Origin: Gordius albopunctatus
Lineage: Eukaryota
Reading direction: 5' to 3'
NCBI GenBank assembly: GCA_964276515.1
Contig: OZ193909.1
Coordinates: 19,406,001-19,470,000 of the forward strand
DNA: 64,000 nucleotides
Positions 1 to 12,876 of the stretch are shown here, piece after piece; positions within the stretch are counted from its first letter, which is position 1; each line of letters starts with the position of its first letter. Made by a program: the position numbers and the translations under genes. The notes beneath the pieces were generated by a model, which worked only from the letters and a program-made list of their open reading frames with translations, was not told the DNA's origin and did not search any database.

Positions 1-1184
1 ATTTAAACTGATTTAAGATTTCGAAAATTCTAGAAAGATAATCCTTTTACGCATTTAGATTAAATTCATACAAATAGCGACTAAATAAATTCTCTATTTA
101 TTTTCCCTTTAAATATCAAAGCCAAAACAATATAATTTTTTTGCGGCCCCCCATTTTTTCCATAATAATTTATTTTTGTTAAATTATCTATAATATATTG
201 ATTTTCTATTATTGTTTCTTTTTATTATATAATAAACATAAAACACACCTTTATTATTTCATTATCTATATAAATAACATAAAAACTTCTACAATTTTAA
301 TACCAGCATGCGAACGTTCTAAATTGCAGGTTCGAGACCCGGAGAGGACAAAAGTCTTTTTTTAAATTAAATTTTAATATTTATTGTTCTTGTTAATACC
401 ATTGATACTATGACTTTTTGAACTTCCGCTGGCTACTTACCAATGAAAAAAATGACCATTGGCCAAATTGTGATCGAAATTTCTTTTTAGTTTTTTTAAC
501 TCGTATGTATTTATAGACCGTCTCTTGATAATGAACAATAAAAAAATGAAGCCATATTGTTTTTAAGTAAAGGCTCAAATTTCAAAATGCTTCTCCCAAA
601 ATCATTATAAAATACGGAACCAATTTCTTGAATATTTGGTGATCAAAAAACGCCTATTGCTGAAGTGTTTTAAATCCGTGGTTCTTAACCTTTTTATACA
701 CGCGGCCCCCCCCCCCCAAATATTTTATAATTTTTTTGCGGCCCCCCGTTTTTGTCATAATAATTTATATTTGTTAAATTATCTGTCGATGGGGTTGCAG
801 CCATTACATGCTTGAAAGCATGATTAGGGCTTAATAAATATACAAGTAATATTTGCGCTAAACCAAGCTTATTTGCTGGGTGCGAGCGATATATACATTT
901 AAACGTTACATTTGATTAATATTATATTTTTCATTATAGATTTGAGAAATGATATTAATTCACTATATTAATGCAAAATAACCTTTGCATTTAATACCCC
1001 CCTATAGAGATTCTCGCCCCTTCCCACCTTTCTCGCCCATAAATTGCATAGCAAATATGCAACTTTTATACAGAGTATAGAAGAGTTCCCCCTTCCCTTC
1101 CCCTACTCCCATTGCCCCCTTCCCCTTACCACGAGGGCCGAAAGCCCGAGTTTTTAATATAATTATAGACACGATAACGAGGGA

Positions 1185-1990
1185 CATTCAAAAGCCATCG
1201 CCATAGTGTATGCTATATGCCGATGATATATTACTATGAGAGGAAACAAGGGAGAAAGTATTCTAAGAAGCCGAAAAGTGGTCAAAGCGCTTAGCTGGAT
1301 ATGGTTTAAAGGTCAACGATCAAAAAACGATATACATGGAAATGAACGGTACAGGCACCCCATCGCTGGATGACCATCTAAAGTACCCAAAAGTAGACAG
1401 GTTCACATACCTCGGCTCAATACTACATCAAGAGGGAGGTTGCGCAACGGAAGTCAATGCCAGGATGCAAAAAGGATGGCTTAAATGGCGAAGTATATCC
1501 GGTGTAATGTGCGACAAGAAGATGCCAATATGGTTGAAGAGCAAGGCTTACAAATCCATCGTAAGACCGGTGTTACTCTATGGAAGTGAAACATGGGCAT
1601 TAAACACCACGGAATTAAAGCTATTACAAGCCACAGATATGAGAATGATACGGTGGAGCTTGGGGTATACTAAGCTCGACCATATGACTTCTCATGACAA
1701 AAATGGGTATTCAATCTATGGCGGACATGATTAACAAAAATCGGCTAAGGTGGTATGGGCATATACTAAGAAGGGACACGGATGACGTAAATCGTAAAGT
1801 ACTGGACATGGATGTACCGGGGAAGAGAAGAAGAGGACGACCCCATGTCACGTGGTAAGGACAAGTCGATAAAGTTATGGAAACTAAAGTGATTAGTCAA
1901 GACATGGCACTCACCCGGTTAAGATGGAAGAAACTTATCAAAACAAACCCCCCCCACCAATGTGGGACCAAATAACTGATAAAGAAGAAC
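1185..1990 (+). mobile_element. RTE-clade non-LTR retrotransposon, 5'-truncated and degenerate (RT C-terminal half and 3' end)
   Basis: Translates to MLYADD (1210-1227) then FTYLGS...W+...GVMCDKKMP..LK.K.YKSIVRPVLLYGSETW (ORF 1336-1734), RLRWYGH and GKRRRGRP. Contains stops and frameshifts; ends in a GAAGAA-type tail. Confidence 0.85.
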
Positions 1991-2474
1991 ATTCCATTTT
2001 TAAGTTTGGATTTGAGGATATTTATGGTATCTGGATTGGATGAGATATACAATTTCAGATATCTCAGCCGTTTACTTTTGTATTGACCTTTTAAAGCGAA
2101 TCTTATTTTCAACACACTTTTTTATTTTGGTAGAGTTTATTAGCCCTGAGTGGTTTGAGACATTTTATAATTAAATGTGCGGTAAGACAATGCGATGTAT
2201 CGATTGTTAATTATGACAATATAACCTGATGTTATCCCTAGCTAATCCGTATGAACACTTATAAATGAGGCTTTTACATAGTTAAACATATGAGCTTGTA
2301 TATATTTAGTTATAAATTTGGGTTGTTTATTGAAAGCCTTATATGTTCTGTGACCTTTGACTTTATTAAGCATTCATTTGGCATTAATTCATACTTAATA
2401 ACTCTCTGTATCTAAAATTAAATTTTATAATTATTGTCAATTCCATGAAGATAACTACTCCATTATATTATTAG

Positions 2475-4260
2475 AAAATAGTGCGTATCAAGCGATAAGC
2501 AAATTATTAATCTGTAGAGAGTATATGAAGAAGCGAAGAAACAACTAAGGAAATTATATGATAGGAATTCATGTGTTATGGCACAGCTAACAACTAAAAC
2601 CTCGATAACGAAGAATTGCAAAATAGAATGGCGGACAAATAGATTATAAGGTTACGCAATAGAGGCTTGCAGCCAAGAGTGTTATCAGAAAACGAAATCA
2701 TATGGGACCGCCTACGGGCGATAGCGGCCAAGATGATTGGCGCGCTAAGCGCCTGGGACGTGTACGAATAGGCGTAGAGAAGAGATGAGAAGCTTAAACT
2801 AGACCGGCTCGAATTCCTAGGTTAACCATGCTTTATATGTTTTAACCGATGATTTATAAATTAATAATAAGTTGTTTACATTTATCTTCGATACAGGCGC
2901 GAAGGTAGACAAAGGAGGTCCCACGCAAAACAGAACCCGTCTCGACGATTTGCAGATACTGTCACGAGGAGATAAAGATCGTAGCCAGGGTTCAAGCCAA
3001 AGTCCAAATGTGTAACACGAGAAAATATCTGCCATTATTGCTGGCAGGCGTAGCTGGACGCTGTTGCTCGGGATCGATTGAATCCAAGAATTCGAACCCA
3101 AAATATGGCGAAGAATATGTTGGAAAGCGCGGCTGAACTGTTAGCGTCAATTATGTGGAATGACCGAAGGATACGCAAACCGCAATACATCATGTTATGC
3201 AGCAATAGGGCAGTCAGAAGAACGAATTCCCAAAAGCAGCTAAAGCATAAGGGTAGAAGTAGCGTTAAAAGATGATATAGATCCCGTATTTATCCCAACA
3301 AGAAGGGTGCTGATGGCTTGGAAAAAAAGAAGTGGAAAAAGAACTGAATAAATGGATAAGATACGGTGTAATAGGCCCAATCGATTTTTTAAGATGGGCC
3401 AACCCACTGTTACCCGTAAAGAAAAGCGATGGAAGACTACGTTCATCAATTGAATATCGGTTAACATAAATAAATATCTACAATGATTGATGTATCCTAT
3501 ACTCAAAATCGATGGTTTGATAAACTAGATAACTATGGTTTATCTCTAGGACCTGATTTGCAGCTCGAGCTAGGTGCAGAGACAAGCCAAGGATTGACGA
3601 TCTCCACGCACTTGGTTTATTCAAAGTCAATCGTATGCATTTTGGCTTAAATTACACCGCGGCTATTTTTCAAAAAAAAATGAATAAAATATTAGGAGGC
3701 ATGAAGGGACTAGCAGTATACATCCACGATATCTAATTGCAGGTGAAACTGAAGTAGTCCACAACGAGCGGTTTCTCAAGGTACTGGAAACATAACAAAA
3801 GTGGGGGTTCGTGCCAAACATTACCGAGTGCATCTTGTGGGCTAAGGAAATAACATTTTTAGTATACTTAATCAGCAACAAAGGTATTACAGTAATAAAG
3901 CTAATACATTAGAAGGGGAAGCGATGGAGCAACGACAACCTGAAACAAGTTGCCCGGTGGAACAAATTAAACCATATTGGGACGTCTAGAGATGAACACC
4001 TAGATACCCGCAACTTAGTCGAAACCCGCCAGCATTTCTTAAGGATTTTGTCTGTGTAAGGGTGGGGGCTTTAAAGCGGTAATAGTAGTGCGTAGTGCCT
4101 CGGGCGATAAGTAAATTACCGAACTGTAGGAAATTAGTGGTAATGCTCGACTCGAGTGACAATTAAATTACCGTTGATTGATTAACGTATATCATCGTTT
4201 ATGTATACACGATTATCATTCTTTCGGTTGAATAGAACGCGATTTCCCTTCCCAACGTTG
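2475..4260 (+). mobile_element. Highly decayed Ty3/Gypsy LTR retrotransposon remnant
   Basis: Broken RT motifs VNRMHFGL..TAAIFQK (3627-3675) and YIHDILIAGET..VHNERFLKVLE (3718-3790). PBS-like tggcggac at ~2628. Similar stretches at ~2476-2520 and ~4081-4130 may be eroded LTRs. Confidence 0.55.
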
Positions 4261-5664
4261 ATTCTATATATACCGTGCGTAACACTAACCCTCTTCAATT
4301 TTAATGGATATGCAATTTATGGGCTCGTTTTTGGTTGTCCGTCCGTTACCCTCCAATGTGTTTACACCAGCTTCCTGACTTGGAGGTTTCGAGTTCAATA
4401 CCCGGAGAGGACAAAAAAAAATTTTTAAATTAAATTATTGATAATATGACTTTTTGACCGTGTTCTGGCTACTCACCAATGAAAAAAATGACGATTGGCC
4501 AAAGTATAAATCAAATTTTGTTGTTGTTTTTTTCTAATTAATATATTGTTTTTGTTAACACCATTGATAATATCGCTTTTTGGCCGTCGGCAGGCTGCTG
4601 ACCAATGGAAAAAATCACCATTGGCCAAAGTTGGAATTGAATTTTGTTTTGTTTCTTTTTGACTCGTATGTATTTATAAAGCGTCTCTTGGTACTGAACA
4701 ATGGATAAAAATGACCATTGCCCAAATTGTATTTATTTCGTTGATTAGGGCGGCATCAAATAAGTTGAGCAGGAAACTTAGTTACAAATGGTAAAAAAAA
4801 ATTGATTTCCTTGTCATGTGTAAATAAGAAATCAATTTAAATTCTATGAAAATATATTTTGTACTTTATCAAAAAATATACTTCTAAAATTCATCCCCCC
4901 CCCTTTAAAATCCAAAAATTTGTTGAAATTTATTAAAAGTACGGCATGCCGAAAATTTCTGCAACATTAATATAATTCATTATATATCTTCGTAAATTCT
5001 AGCAACTTTTGCTAGTTAAAAAAGATATTTGTTTTGATTAAGAGTTTTTGGACTATTTTGTTAATTATCACATAATTAACTAAGTTATTTGGGCACATTG
5101 AGTATTTATACAACTTGCAATCTTCCTTTAAATCTGCAGGCACTTAGAAATAGTATTTTAAACGATCTTAAACTTTTATAATTTAAGCACTCCCCACCCC
5201 ACTACCTCTCGGTATTGTATCTTGATTGCTAGGAAACGAGATGGGTATAACTAATATTATCGATAAAAATCGATAATTCTAATCAATAAATATTATGCGA
5301 TTAGATAGTTTTGAAATTAAATTTATGGGGGAGGGAGAGGGGAAGTGTATTTAAAATGTTTTAAGCCAAGGGGGGGGGGGGGGGGCAGAGAGGGGAGGTT
5401 GCTTTCCTCTAAATCCAAAAATTTGCTAAAATTCCAAAAAATAATGATCTTTTTTCCCTTCCCTAAATCATTATTTCCCCCCCCCCTTTAATTACAATGC
5501 TGGGTAGGCGCATAATAAATGTGTTAATGAACAAAAAATCTGGTATTTTAATTGAAATATATTATAATTAATTCTTTTTTCCTTACTACTATATGTTTGT
5601 AAATTTATAATTATTAAACACTTAAATTATCTCGTAACCATAATTAAAGTTTTGCAATTTTGTA

Positions 5665-6042
5665 TTTTAATTGCTATGCAATTTATGGGCTCGCTTTTTG
5701 GTTGTCCTTTGTTGTTAATACCATCGATAATATGACTTTTTGCCCGTACCCTGGCTACTGGCCAATAGAAAAAATGACCATTGGCCAAAATTTGATTCGA
5801 AATTTTAATTTTTATTTCGTTTTTAAATTGGTTACCATTGATATTTACCCTATGCCCGTCAGTCCAATTATTTTGCATTTAATACCCCCGTGTAGGCATT
5901 CTCGCCCCTTTCCACATTTCTCGCCCATAAATTGCATTGCAAATATGCTACGTCTATACGGAGTATAGATGAGTTCGTTCCCCCTTCCCATCCCCCCTTC
6001 CCTTCCCCCCTTCCCACGATGGCCGAAGACCCAAGTTTTTTA
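5665..6042 (+). mobile_element. Non-autonomous repeat with subterminal inverted repeats and a 3' hairpin (Helentron/HINE-like); related copies at ~300-550, ~985-1155, ~4295-4730, ~47990-48160, ~56273-56312, ~63505-63590 (reverse)
   Basis: gctatgcaatttatgggc near the 5' end pairs with gcccataaattgca(t/a)gc. The element ends in a ggccgaa(g/a)gccc hairpin followed by a T-run. Shared internal text ccaatgaaaaaaatgaccattggccaaa. Confidence 0.5.
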
Positions 6043-7030
6043 TTGCCATGGAAATTTATACCTCTGTAAAATTTTTGTTCCCGCTCTACCCTTCCTCCAT
6101 TTCATCCCCCCGTCTCTTTCTTTGAATTGCCTAGCAAATGTGTTGTTACGTTTATCTGGAGTAAAGACATGTTTTATAATAGCACTACCATGTGGAAGGT
6201 GATCCATCAGGCCACGCAATATAATTAAATGTGCGTTATCTGTGTGATAAAATTAAATTTTTTCTCGTCAGGACCTTGTTCATGGTAAGTATTAATTAAA
6301 TTAATTTAATATTAAGGCGCTTGATAAATATTATTTAAAAAAACTTAGAATAAAGCATTTTTGTATATTTTTATGTTCAATCCACTCCCAATTAAAAGAA
6401 CGCCTCAATGTAAATAATATTTTGTTAAAATACGAATTCAATAGAGTTTAAGGATTAATTGGGCTAAAAATCTAAATAACATTGTTGAAAGTATATGATC
6501 TTCTTAGGAATGTTTTCTATTTTAATATATTTTCAAAGTAAATGAAGAAATAATTAAATTGTAAGAGAGTGCTCTTGTTCATTCTAAGACATACAATTAT
6601 ACTCGAAAGTTTAATGCTTCTAAACTTGTGAAAACCTATTTGAAAATTTCCATGATACCTACCCTATTTAATGGGCAGCCCAATCTCATTCATATAAATA
6701 AAAAAGTTATGAACTTGACCAATAAATAGAAAGCTTTTATAATTTTAGTCCAAGACCCAGGAACGTATGTATGGTCTTCGCTGCAGGTTATTTAAAATGC
6801 GCTTTCTGTCATATTGTCTTACTAAATCCTTCTTTCAATAAAATTTCAATAAAATTAGAGTTTGTATTTGGACTACGAGGGTCCGTTATTAATTTCTATA
6901 ATTTTATGAAGTTACTTTTATAAAACTATACATTTTAAAATTTGTCAATCTAAGACTGATTTTATAACAAGTTGAAGTGAACCTATTGATCAAATTTTTA
7001 TAGCAACCTGCTGGATAAAAATTATGTTTC

Positions 7031-7453
7031 AAATAAGACCTTACAATATGCCGTTTTGCCAAATAGTTTCATACCTTTGGACATGGGCGTAGCCAGGTTT
7101 TAGATTTGGGGGGGGGGGGGATGAAACGTTCAAAAGCTCAACTAGGGGGGGGGGGCAATTTAAGGCTTTTTGCATTAAAAACAATTTTTTTCGCCATTTA
7201 GGGAGGGCGGCCGCCCCCCCCCCGGCTACGTCCATGCCCTTGGATTTTGAAATATTATTATACATTTTTTGCTTCTCAATGTGCAAAGCAAACAAACTCT
7301 TTATTTCATCACTCAAAGTTAGCAGAAATCTTTGAACAGGAAATGTCTGGGAAACTGTCATTTTAAAATTCTCCAAAAGTCTGTCATCTCCAACATTAAG
7401 AAATCATTTAGGCCAAGAAATTTCAAAAAATTTTGTTATGACCAAAATATTTT
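7031..7453 (+). repeat. Direct repeat copy 1 (~425 bp) flanking the CRE element; contains a hAT-type MITE (7082-7236)
   Basis: Near-identical to 9928-10380, from aaataagaccttacaatatgccg to gaccaaaatatttt. Copy 2 carries two extra ~18-20 bp segments. Confidence 0.95.
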
Positions 7454-7549
7454 ACTTCTCGTGGAATATTTAATTCGAATTTTATAATGCACCCTCCAGC
7501 ATATAACATGGAGAGAAAGGATCCCACATATTAACTCCCAAACAAAAAG

Positions 7550-9930
7550 CGAATATGATCTCTATCCTTGAAGAAGACAATTCATTTTTGAGTCCTACAC
7601 AAAAATCATATGAAGAAATGGTTCTCAAACATCCCCAGAGTCTATCGTCTACTTACCTATCGCCCTCGCAACCTTCAGATATTGCGTTTAAGTCATCAGA
7701 CATTCGAGATGGCATCTTATCTTTTCCTATGGATTCTGCAGGTGGTCTCGACGGCATAAAACCAATTTTTTAAAAAGATCTTATAACAATTGATAATAAC
7801 TCCTCCATCTCACTAGACTTACGCACCAAATTTTGTAACCTTTTAGTCAATGGGAGTATACCTAAATAAATAACGCCCATAGTCTTTGGAGCTAAGCTTT
7901 TAGCTATTAGGAAAGGCCGACAATTCAGCCAGGCCTATTTCTATCGGCGGTGTCTTCCGAAGAATTATTTCTAAATTAATTTGCTCGGCAATCAAACCAA
8001 TATTGACCCCTACTTTAATTCCGCATCAACTAGGCTTTGGGGTCAAAGGAGGGTGCGAGATAGCTACCCATGCCGCACGCTTAGCCCTGGAACACCTCCC
8101 ACCGGGTGACTCCTTTATAAAACTTGATTTTAAAAATGCTTTCAACAGCATTCGCCGCACTGCTTTCATTAATGAATTTATCAAGCTGTTTCCCCACTAC
8201 ACCAACTACATCATTTTAAGTTATGGATGCCCTTCGATTTTGAAATTTGGAGAATTCTTCCTCGAATCCGCAGAAGGGATCCAACAAGGCGATCCTCTAG
8301 GACCCCCTTTATTCTGCTTTGCCATAAATCACCTAATTAACGAAATTAACAAACATTGTAAACTCACTCTTAATGTCTGGTATCTTGATGACGCCACTCT
8401 TGTTGAGACCCCTGACAACCTAGCCCAAGCACTAGATGTAATACATGCTTTTTTGCCCACTCTAAACTTATGTTTAAACGCCTCTAAAAGTGAAATATAT
8501 TCTGACTTGGATAATATTCACCCAAAGTTTTTTGACTTTGCCAAAATTAAAAAAGACAATTTGTATGTTTTAGGCGCACCTATCGGGAGACCCGAGTGCC
8601 TCAAAAAATTTTTAGACAAAAATCTCTCTTCTTTAAAAACCAAATTAGACATTTTTAAATCTATGCCATCTCATCATTCTTTTTATATTATAAAAAATTA
8701 TTACAACATTAGCAAAATTTTATTCTGCTTCCGCTCCACGCAAGCTTTTTTATTTAAAGAGGTTTTACACGACTATAAAAACTTTTTTTAATCCACTCTT
8801 GAATCAATTTTAAATATTTCCTTTAACACCAATACTTGGCTTCAAGCCACACTTCCCACAAAATCCGGTGGCCTAGGTATTCGCTCACCATCTGCGATTT
8901 CCCTAGCCGCCTTTATTTCTTCCTCTCTATCTTTTAGACATCATATTAATGACCTTGTCCCATTCCCACTTAATCCCTCCATAAATCAAGCCATATCGTT
9001 ATGGAATGAGATCGTCAATGTAGGAGCTAATATACCACAATCATACGCTCAAAAAGATTTGGATGCAAGTTTGGTGTCGCGGTCCGTTGCTTACCTTCTC
9101 TCGACATGCGACGCCAAACAGCATTGCAATCTTAGGTCATTGGCTTTCGACCAATCCGGACGTGAATGGCTTGAAGCTTACCCTAGTAAGTTTTCGGGTA
9201 TGTTTTTGGAGAATCCTACCCTGTCCTACAATATAGCCCTCCGCTTGGGTTGTAAATACACGTCCTCATACCCCTGCCGGCTTTGTAATTCACTTGTAGA
9301 TGAGGAAGCACGTCACCCTCTGCATTGTAAATTTAACAAAAGCCGGTATGGTAGGCACCAAAAAATAAATACACTGCTTCAAGCTGCCCTCAAACGGGCA
9401 AAAGTCCCTTCGATCCTTGAACCTTCAGATCCCTCTCTCGAAGGGCGGATGCGCCCGGACGGTTCGTCCCATATCCCATGGGACAAAGGCCTTTTCCTAA
9501 AATGGGACTACACCTGTATTGACCTATTTGCCCCCTCCAACGATACTCACGACTCCCTTGGATCGGCAGAGCATCGGAAATCCTTAAAATATTCAGCTTT
9601 ATCCCAAACCTCGATTTTTATTCCTATCGTCTCATCGTGTTTAGGGACATTTGGGAAAAGCGCATTAATTTTTTTAAAGAACTCAATAAACGCTCGCCCC
9701 TTTGTAAAATATCGAATAGTTTTTTACTACGACAATCAATTGCCATCACGATCGCTAAATCTAATTTTTATTCTTTGATGGATTCAATGCCCATTCTCAA
9801 AGATGAAGAAACGGATTTTGAGTTTTAATCATTTTTTTATATAAATGTTTTCGTTCTTGTATCTTTTTATTAATTCCACTCAATATTTAATACTTTTTAT
9901 TTAATAAAGCATGTCAATTCAAAAAAAAAA
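7550..9930 (+). mobile_element. CRE-clade non-LTR retrotransposon (RT + CCHC + PD-(D/E)XK restriction-like endonuclease), 5'-truncated, with stops and frameshifts
   Basis: ORF pieces 7555-7773 (KHP..SAGGLDG), 8003-8791 (QLGFGVKGGCE, KLDFKNAFNS, GIQQGDPLGP, WYLDD, LGAPIG), QATLPTKSGGLGIR (~8843-8885) and 9059-9828 (CxxC..HPLHC, RH, LEP..RPDG, WDYT, AE.RK..KY). AATAAA at 9903 and A10 at 9921-9930. Confidence 0.88.
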
Positions 9931-10380
9931 TAAGACCTTACAATATGCCGTTTTGCCAAACAGTTTCATACCTTTGGACATGGGCGTAGCCAGGTTTTAG
10001 ATTAGGGGGGATGAAACGTTCAAAAGCTCAATTAGGGGGGGGGGGGCAAAACATAGAATTTTTTAATTTTTAAGGCTTTTTGCATTAAAAACAATTTTTT
10101 TCGCCATTTAGGGCGGGCTGCCGCCCCCCCCCGGCTACGTCCATGCCCTTGGATTTTGAAATATTATTATACATTTTTTGCTTCTCAATGTGCAAAGCAG
10201 ACAAACTCTTTATTTCATCACTCAAAGTTAGCAGAAATCTTTGAACAGGCGACACGTGTACATACTAAAATATCTGAGAAACTGTCATTTTAAAATTGTC
10301 CAAAAGTCTGTCATCTCCAACATTAAGAAATCATTTAGGCCAAGAAATTTCAAAAAATTTTGTTATGACCAAAATATTTT
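9928..10380 (+). repeat. Direct repeat copy 2 (~450 bp); contains hAT-type MITE 9979-10145
   Basis: Matches 7031-7453 and starts within the poly(A) tail of the CRE element. Confidence 0.95.
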
Positions 10381-10639
10381 AATTTTTAAACCGTAAATTT
10401 TTAGTTTTGCATTTGACTTTCGGCCGGTATTTCACTTTGTAAAATAAATTTTACGCATCGTTCCCCCATAAGCACTCTATTATCTGCATGGTTAAAAATA
10501 TATTTTGCGTTATTTATAGGTGTGAAAGGTGTTTTTGTCTAGCGATGTAAATATGCTGCTGCATAAACTAAACATATTAACTACCAGAAGTCATAATTAA
10601 TGTCTAAATGTTATTTTTTTAATCTTTTAGCATAACATT

Positions 10640-10808
10640 TTCTTCTTCTTTCTATGACTGCTTGTCACCTAGGCTGGTGGTCAGTCCTTTCAGCATTCGT
10701 TTCCATTTGTTTCTATGTTTACATAGATCTTTCTTTATCTTGTGGACTTTCATATCATACCCTATTTTATGAATCCAGGTAAACTTGGGTCTCCCCCTCC
10801 TTCGTTTG
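10640..10808 (-). mobile_element. RTE LINE 3'-end fragment
   Basis: KRRRGRPKFTW...DMK......DLC..RNKWK then a (GAA)n tail on the minus strand. Confidence 0.75.
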
Positions 10809-11344
10809 CATAAATAAACCAAGTTTAATATAGGATTATATCTATGGAACCTATTCAGAACGTGACATACACATAGATTATATAGATTGCTCAAAAATAC
10901 ATTGTGCCCAACAAATCCAAAATAATGCTCCCCGATTTTCGTGAGTAAACCTTGGAAGTTTTTGATATAATTCTAAATTTTATGTAAACCTAATTGTTAA
11001 TATAACATTAGAAATTCCATTTATTATCTCTTGAAAATTACCATTAGGGTAAAATTAGAAAAAGGCCCCCTCCTTCATCATTATTAGATATCGCAACAAA
11101 ACATGTTTTCTTTACTTCTTATATGAGATACCTTAATGTAACAAGGGTCTTTTATAAAAAAAAACAGTTTTGTTATAATAGATATTATTAGCTCCAGATT
11201 TTTAAGCATAGAAAACTTACAACAACACAATATATTTTTTGATTTAGTTAGCCTAGTAAAGTTTGTTTTTTTTTACGTAATAAAATTTTTTATTAAATGA
11301 AACTATAAACAACTATAAAAATCATATGCGAGGTAAACATTCGA

Positions 11345-12529
11345 AAATTGCGATAGCGTTTAAACCTCTTCGAACAGAATATTAAATCTATTTTACAATC
11401 TATTTTAAATATAAAGTTCAATACTCATAGCTGGTTACAAGCTTCCCTACCAACCAAATCGGGTGGTTTAGGGATTCGCTCACCTGCCGCAATATCTCTA
11501 GTCTCGTTTATTTCATCTTACAAATCGGTACAAGATACCATTTTTAAGTTGTATCCTGTTAAAGAAGACCCGCTTTTACCCATTGCTTTAGCTATTTGGG
11601 AAAACAATACCAATCCCGGAACACCTTTGCCACAAACCTCACGACAAAAAGATTGGGATGCCGGAATTGTGTTGCGCTCCGTTGATTATCTAATTTCGAG
11701 TAGCGATGCAAGTCAGTGTTCTAATTTAAGGTCATTTTTGTTTGATGGCTCAGGTCACGAATGGCTAGAGGTCTACCCAAGCTGTCTCACCGGGATGATG
11801 CTGGAGGACTCGCAACTTTCGTACTCCATAGCTCTCAGGCTAGGGGTGAAATTTTCAAAGCCATTTATTTGCCGAAATTGCAGCATACTCGTAGACGAAC
11901 AAGCCAGGCATCCCTTACACTGCCTGGCAAACAAATTTAAATATGTTAGGCACAATAAGGCCAATACCTTAATTCAAAGTGCACTGAAGAGAGCAAATAT
12001 CCCATCCATCTTGGAGCCATTGGACCCCTCCTTGGAGGGACGTATGCGTCCTGATGGATCTTCTTTAGTCCCATGGAGCAATGGTCTTCACCTTAAATGG
12101 GATTTCACGTGTATTGACCTATTTGCCCCCTCTAACTACAACAATGATTCTTTAGCTGTCGCAGAGGGGCGGAAAGCTAATAAATACAAAGCCCTATTAT
12201 GCTCAAACATTTTTATTCCATTGGTTGCTTCGTGTTCAGGCACCTTTGGCAAACAGGCCTTGGCCTTTTTTAAAGAGGTAGGAAGACGTTCTCCCCCGTC
12301 TAAACATTCGGTATCCTTTTTACTTAAACAACGACTTGGTATTCTTATAGCCAAGTACAATTTTAAATCGTTCGCGGATTCTTGGCCAATTTTGGAAGAT
12401 CCCCTCGATGATGATATATTAGAATAGTGTATTATTTTATTTGACGCATTTTGTCTTTTATATTTTATGTATTTATATTAGATTACTGTCGACGGATTTT
12501 TAACAAATAAACTTTTTAATAAAAAAAAA
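11345..12529 (+). mobile_element. Second CRE-clade element, 3' portion (thumb, CCHC, RLE endonuclease) with poly(A)
   Basis: WLQASLPTKSGGLGIRSP upstream of ORF 11549-12427 (WLEVYPS, CRNC..HPLHC, LEPLDPSLEGRMRPDG, WDFTC, AEGRK..KY). AATAAA and an A-run at ~12506-12529. Clearly paralogous to 8800-9830. Confidence 0.88.
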
Positions 12530-12534
12530 TAATT

Positions 12535-12876
12535 ATTCCGATTTTCTGTTTGATGAAAAAGTTTCCCTATTGTCAAGTCAAGGGTATTGGCTGCTATACG
12601 GTGTCTCAATTCTTTCACAAGGGCTTGGGTTTTAGGACCTATTGTTGTAAGGGTAGTGGTCACTATAGAGGAGAAAAGCAGTGAGGAAGTAAGTTATGAG
12701 TATTTAGCGGACTTTAATCTTTCAGAATCAACAAGGGGATCTTTTTTTGGGTTTAAGGGAGCAAAGGCATCCGGACAAGTGTAGTCCCAAGCTAGGCATA
12801 GCTCTTTTGCCCATGGGATGAGGGTCTGTCCATCAGGTCTCTTCTTGTCACTGAGGCAAAGACCATTAGGCTCAAA
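12535..12876 (-). mobile_element. Third CRE-like endonuclease fragment, inverted (tail-to-tail with the previous copy)
   Basis: Minus strand reads EPNGLCLSDKKRPDGQTLIPWAKELCLAWDYTCPDAFAP...KSAKY*...GPKTQALVKELRHRI. Confidence 0.75.

Noticed and set aside
785..910. Solo LTR (TG...CA with AATAAA)
   Set aside because: No TSD and no second copy in the window.
8003..8791. Bacterial-type RT system (retron, group II intron, DGR)
   Set aside because: Followed by CCHC and RLE domains and poly(A); the motifs are those of CRE-type non-LTR elements.
7031..10380. LTR retrotransposon (direct repeats as LTRs)
   Set aside because: No TG..CA ends, PBS or PPT. The internal ORF is a non-LTR RT/RLE with poly(A), and the repeats contain a host MITE.
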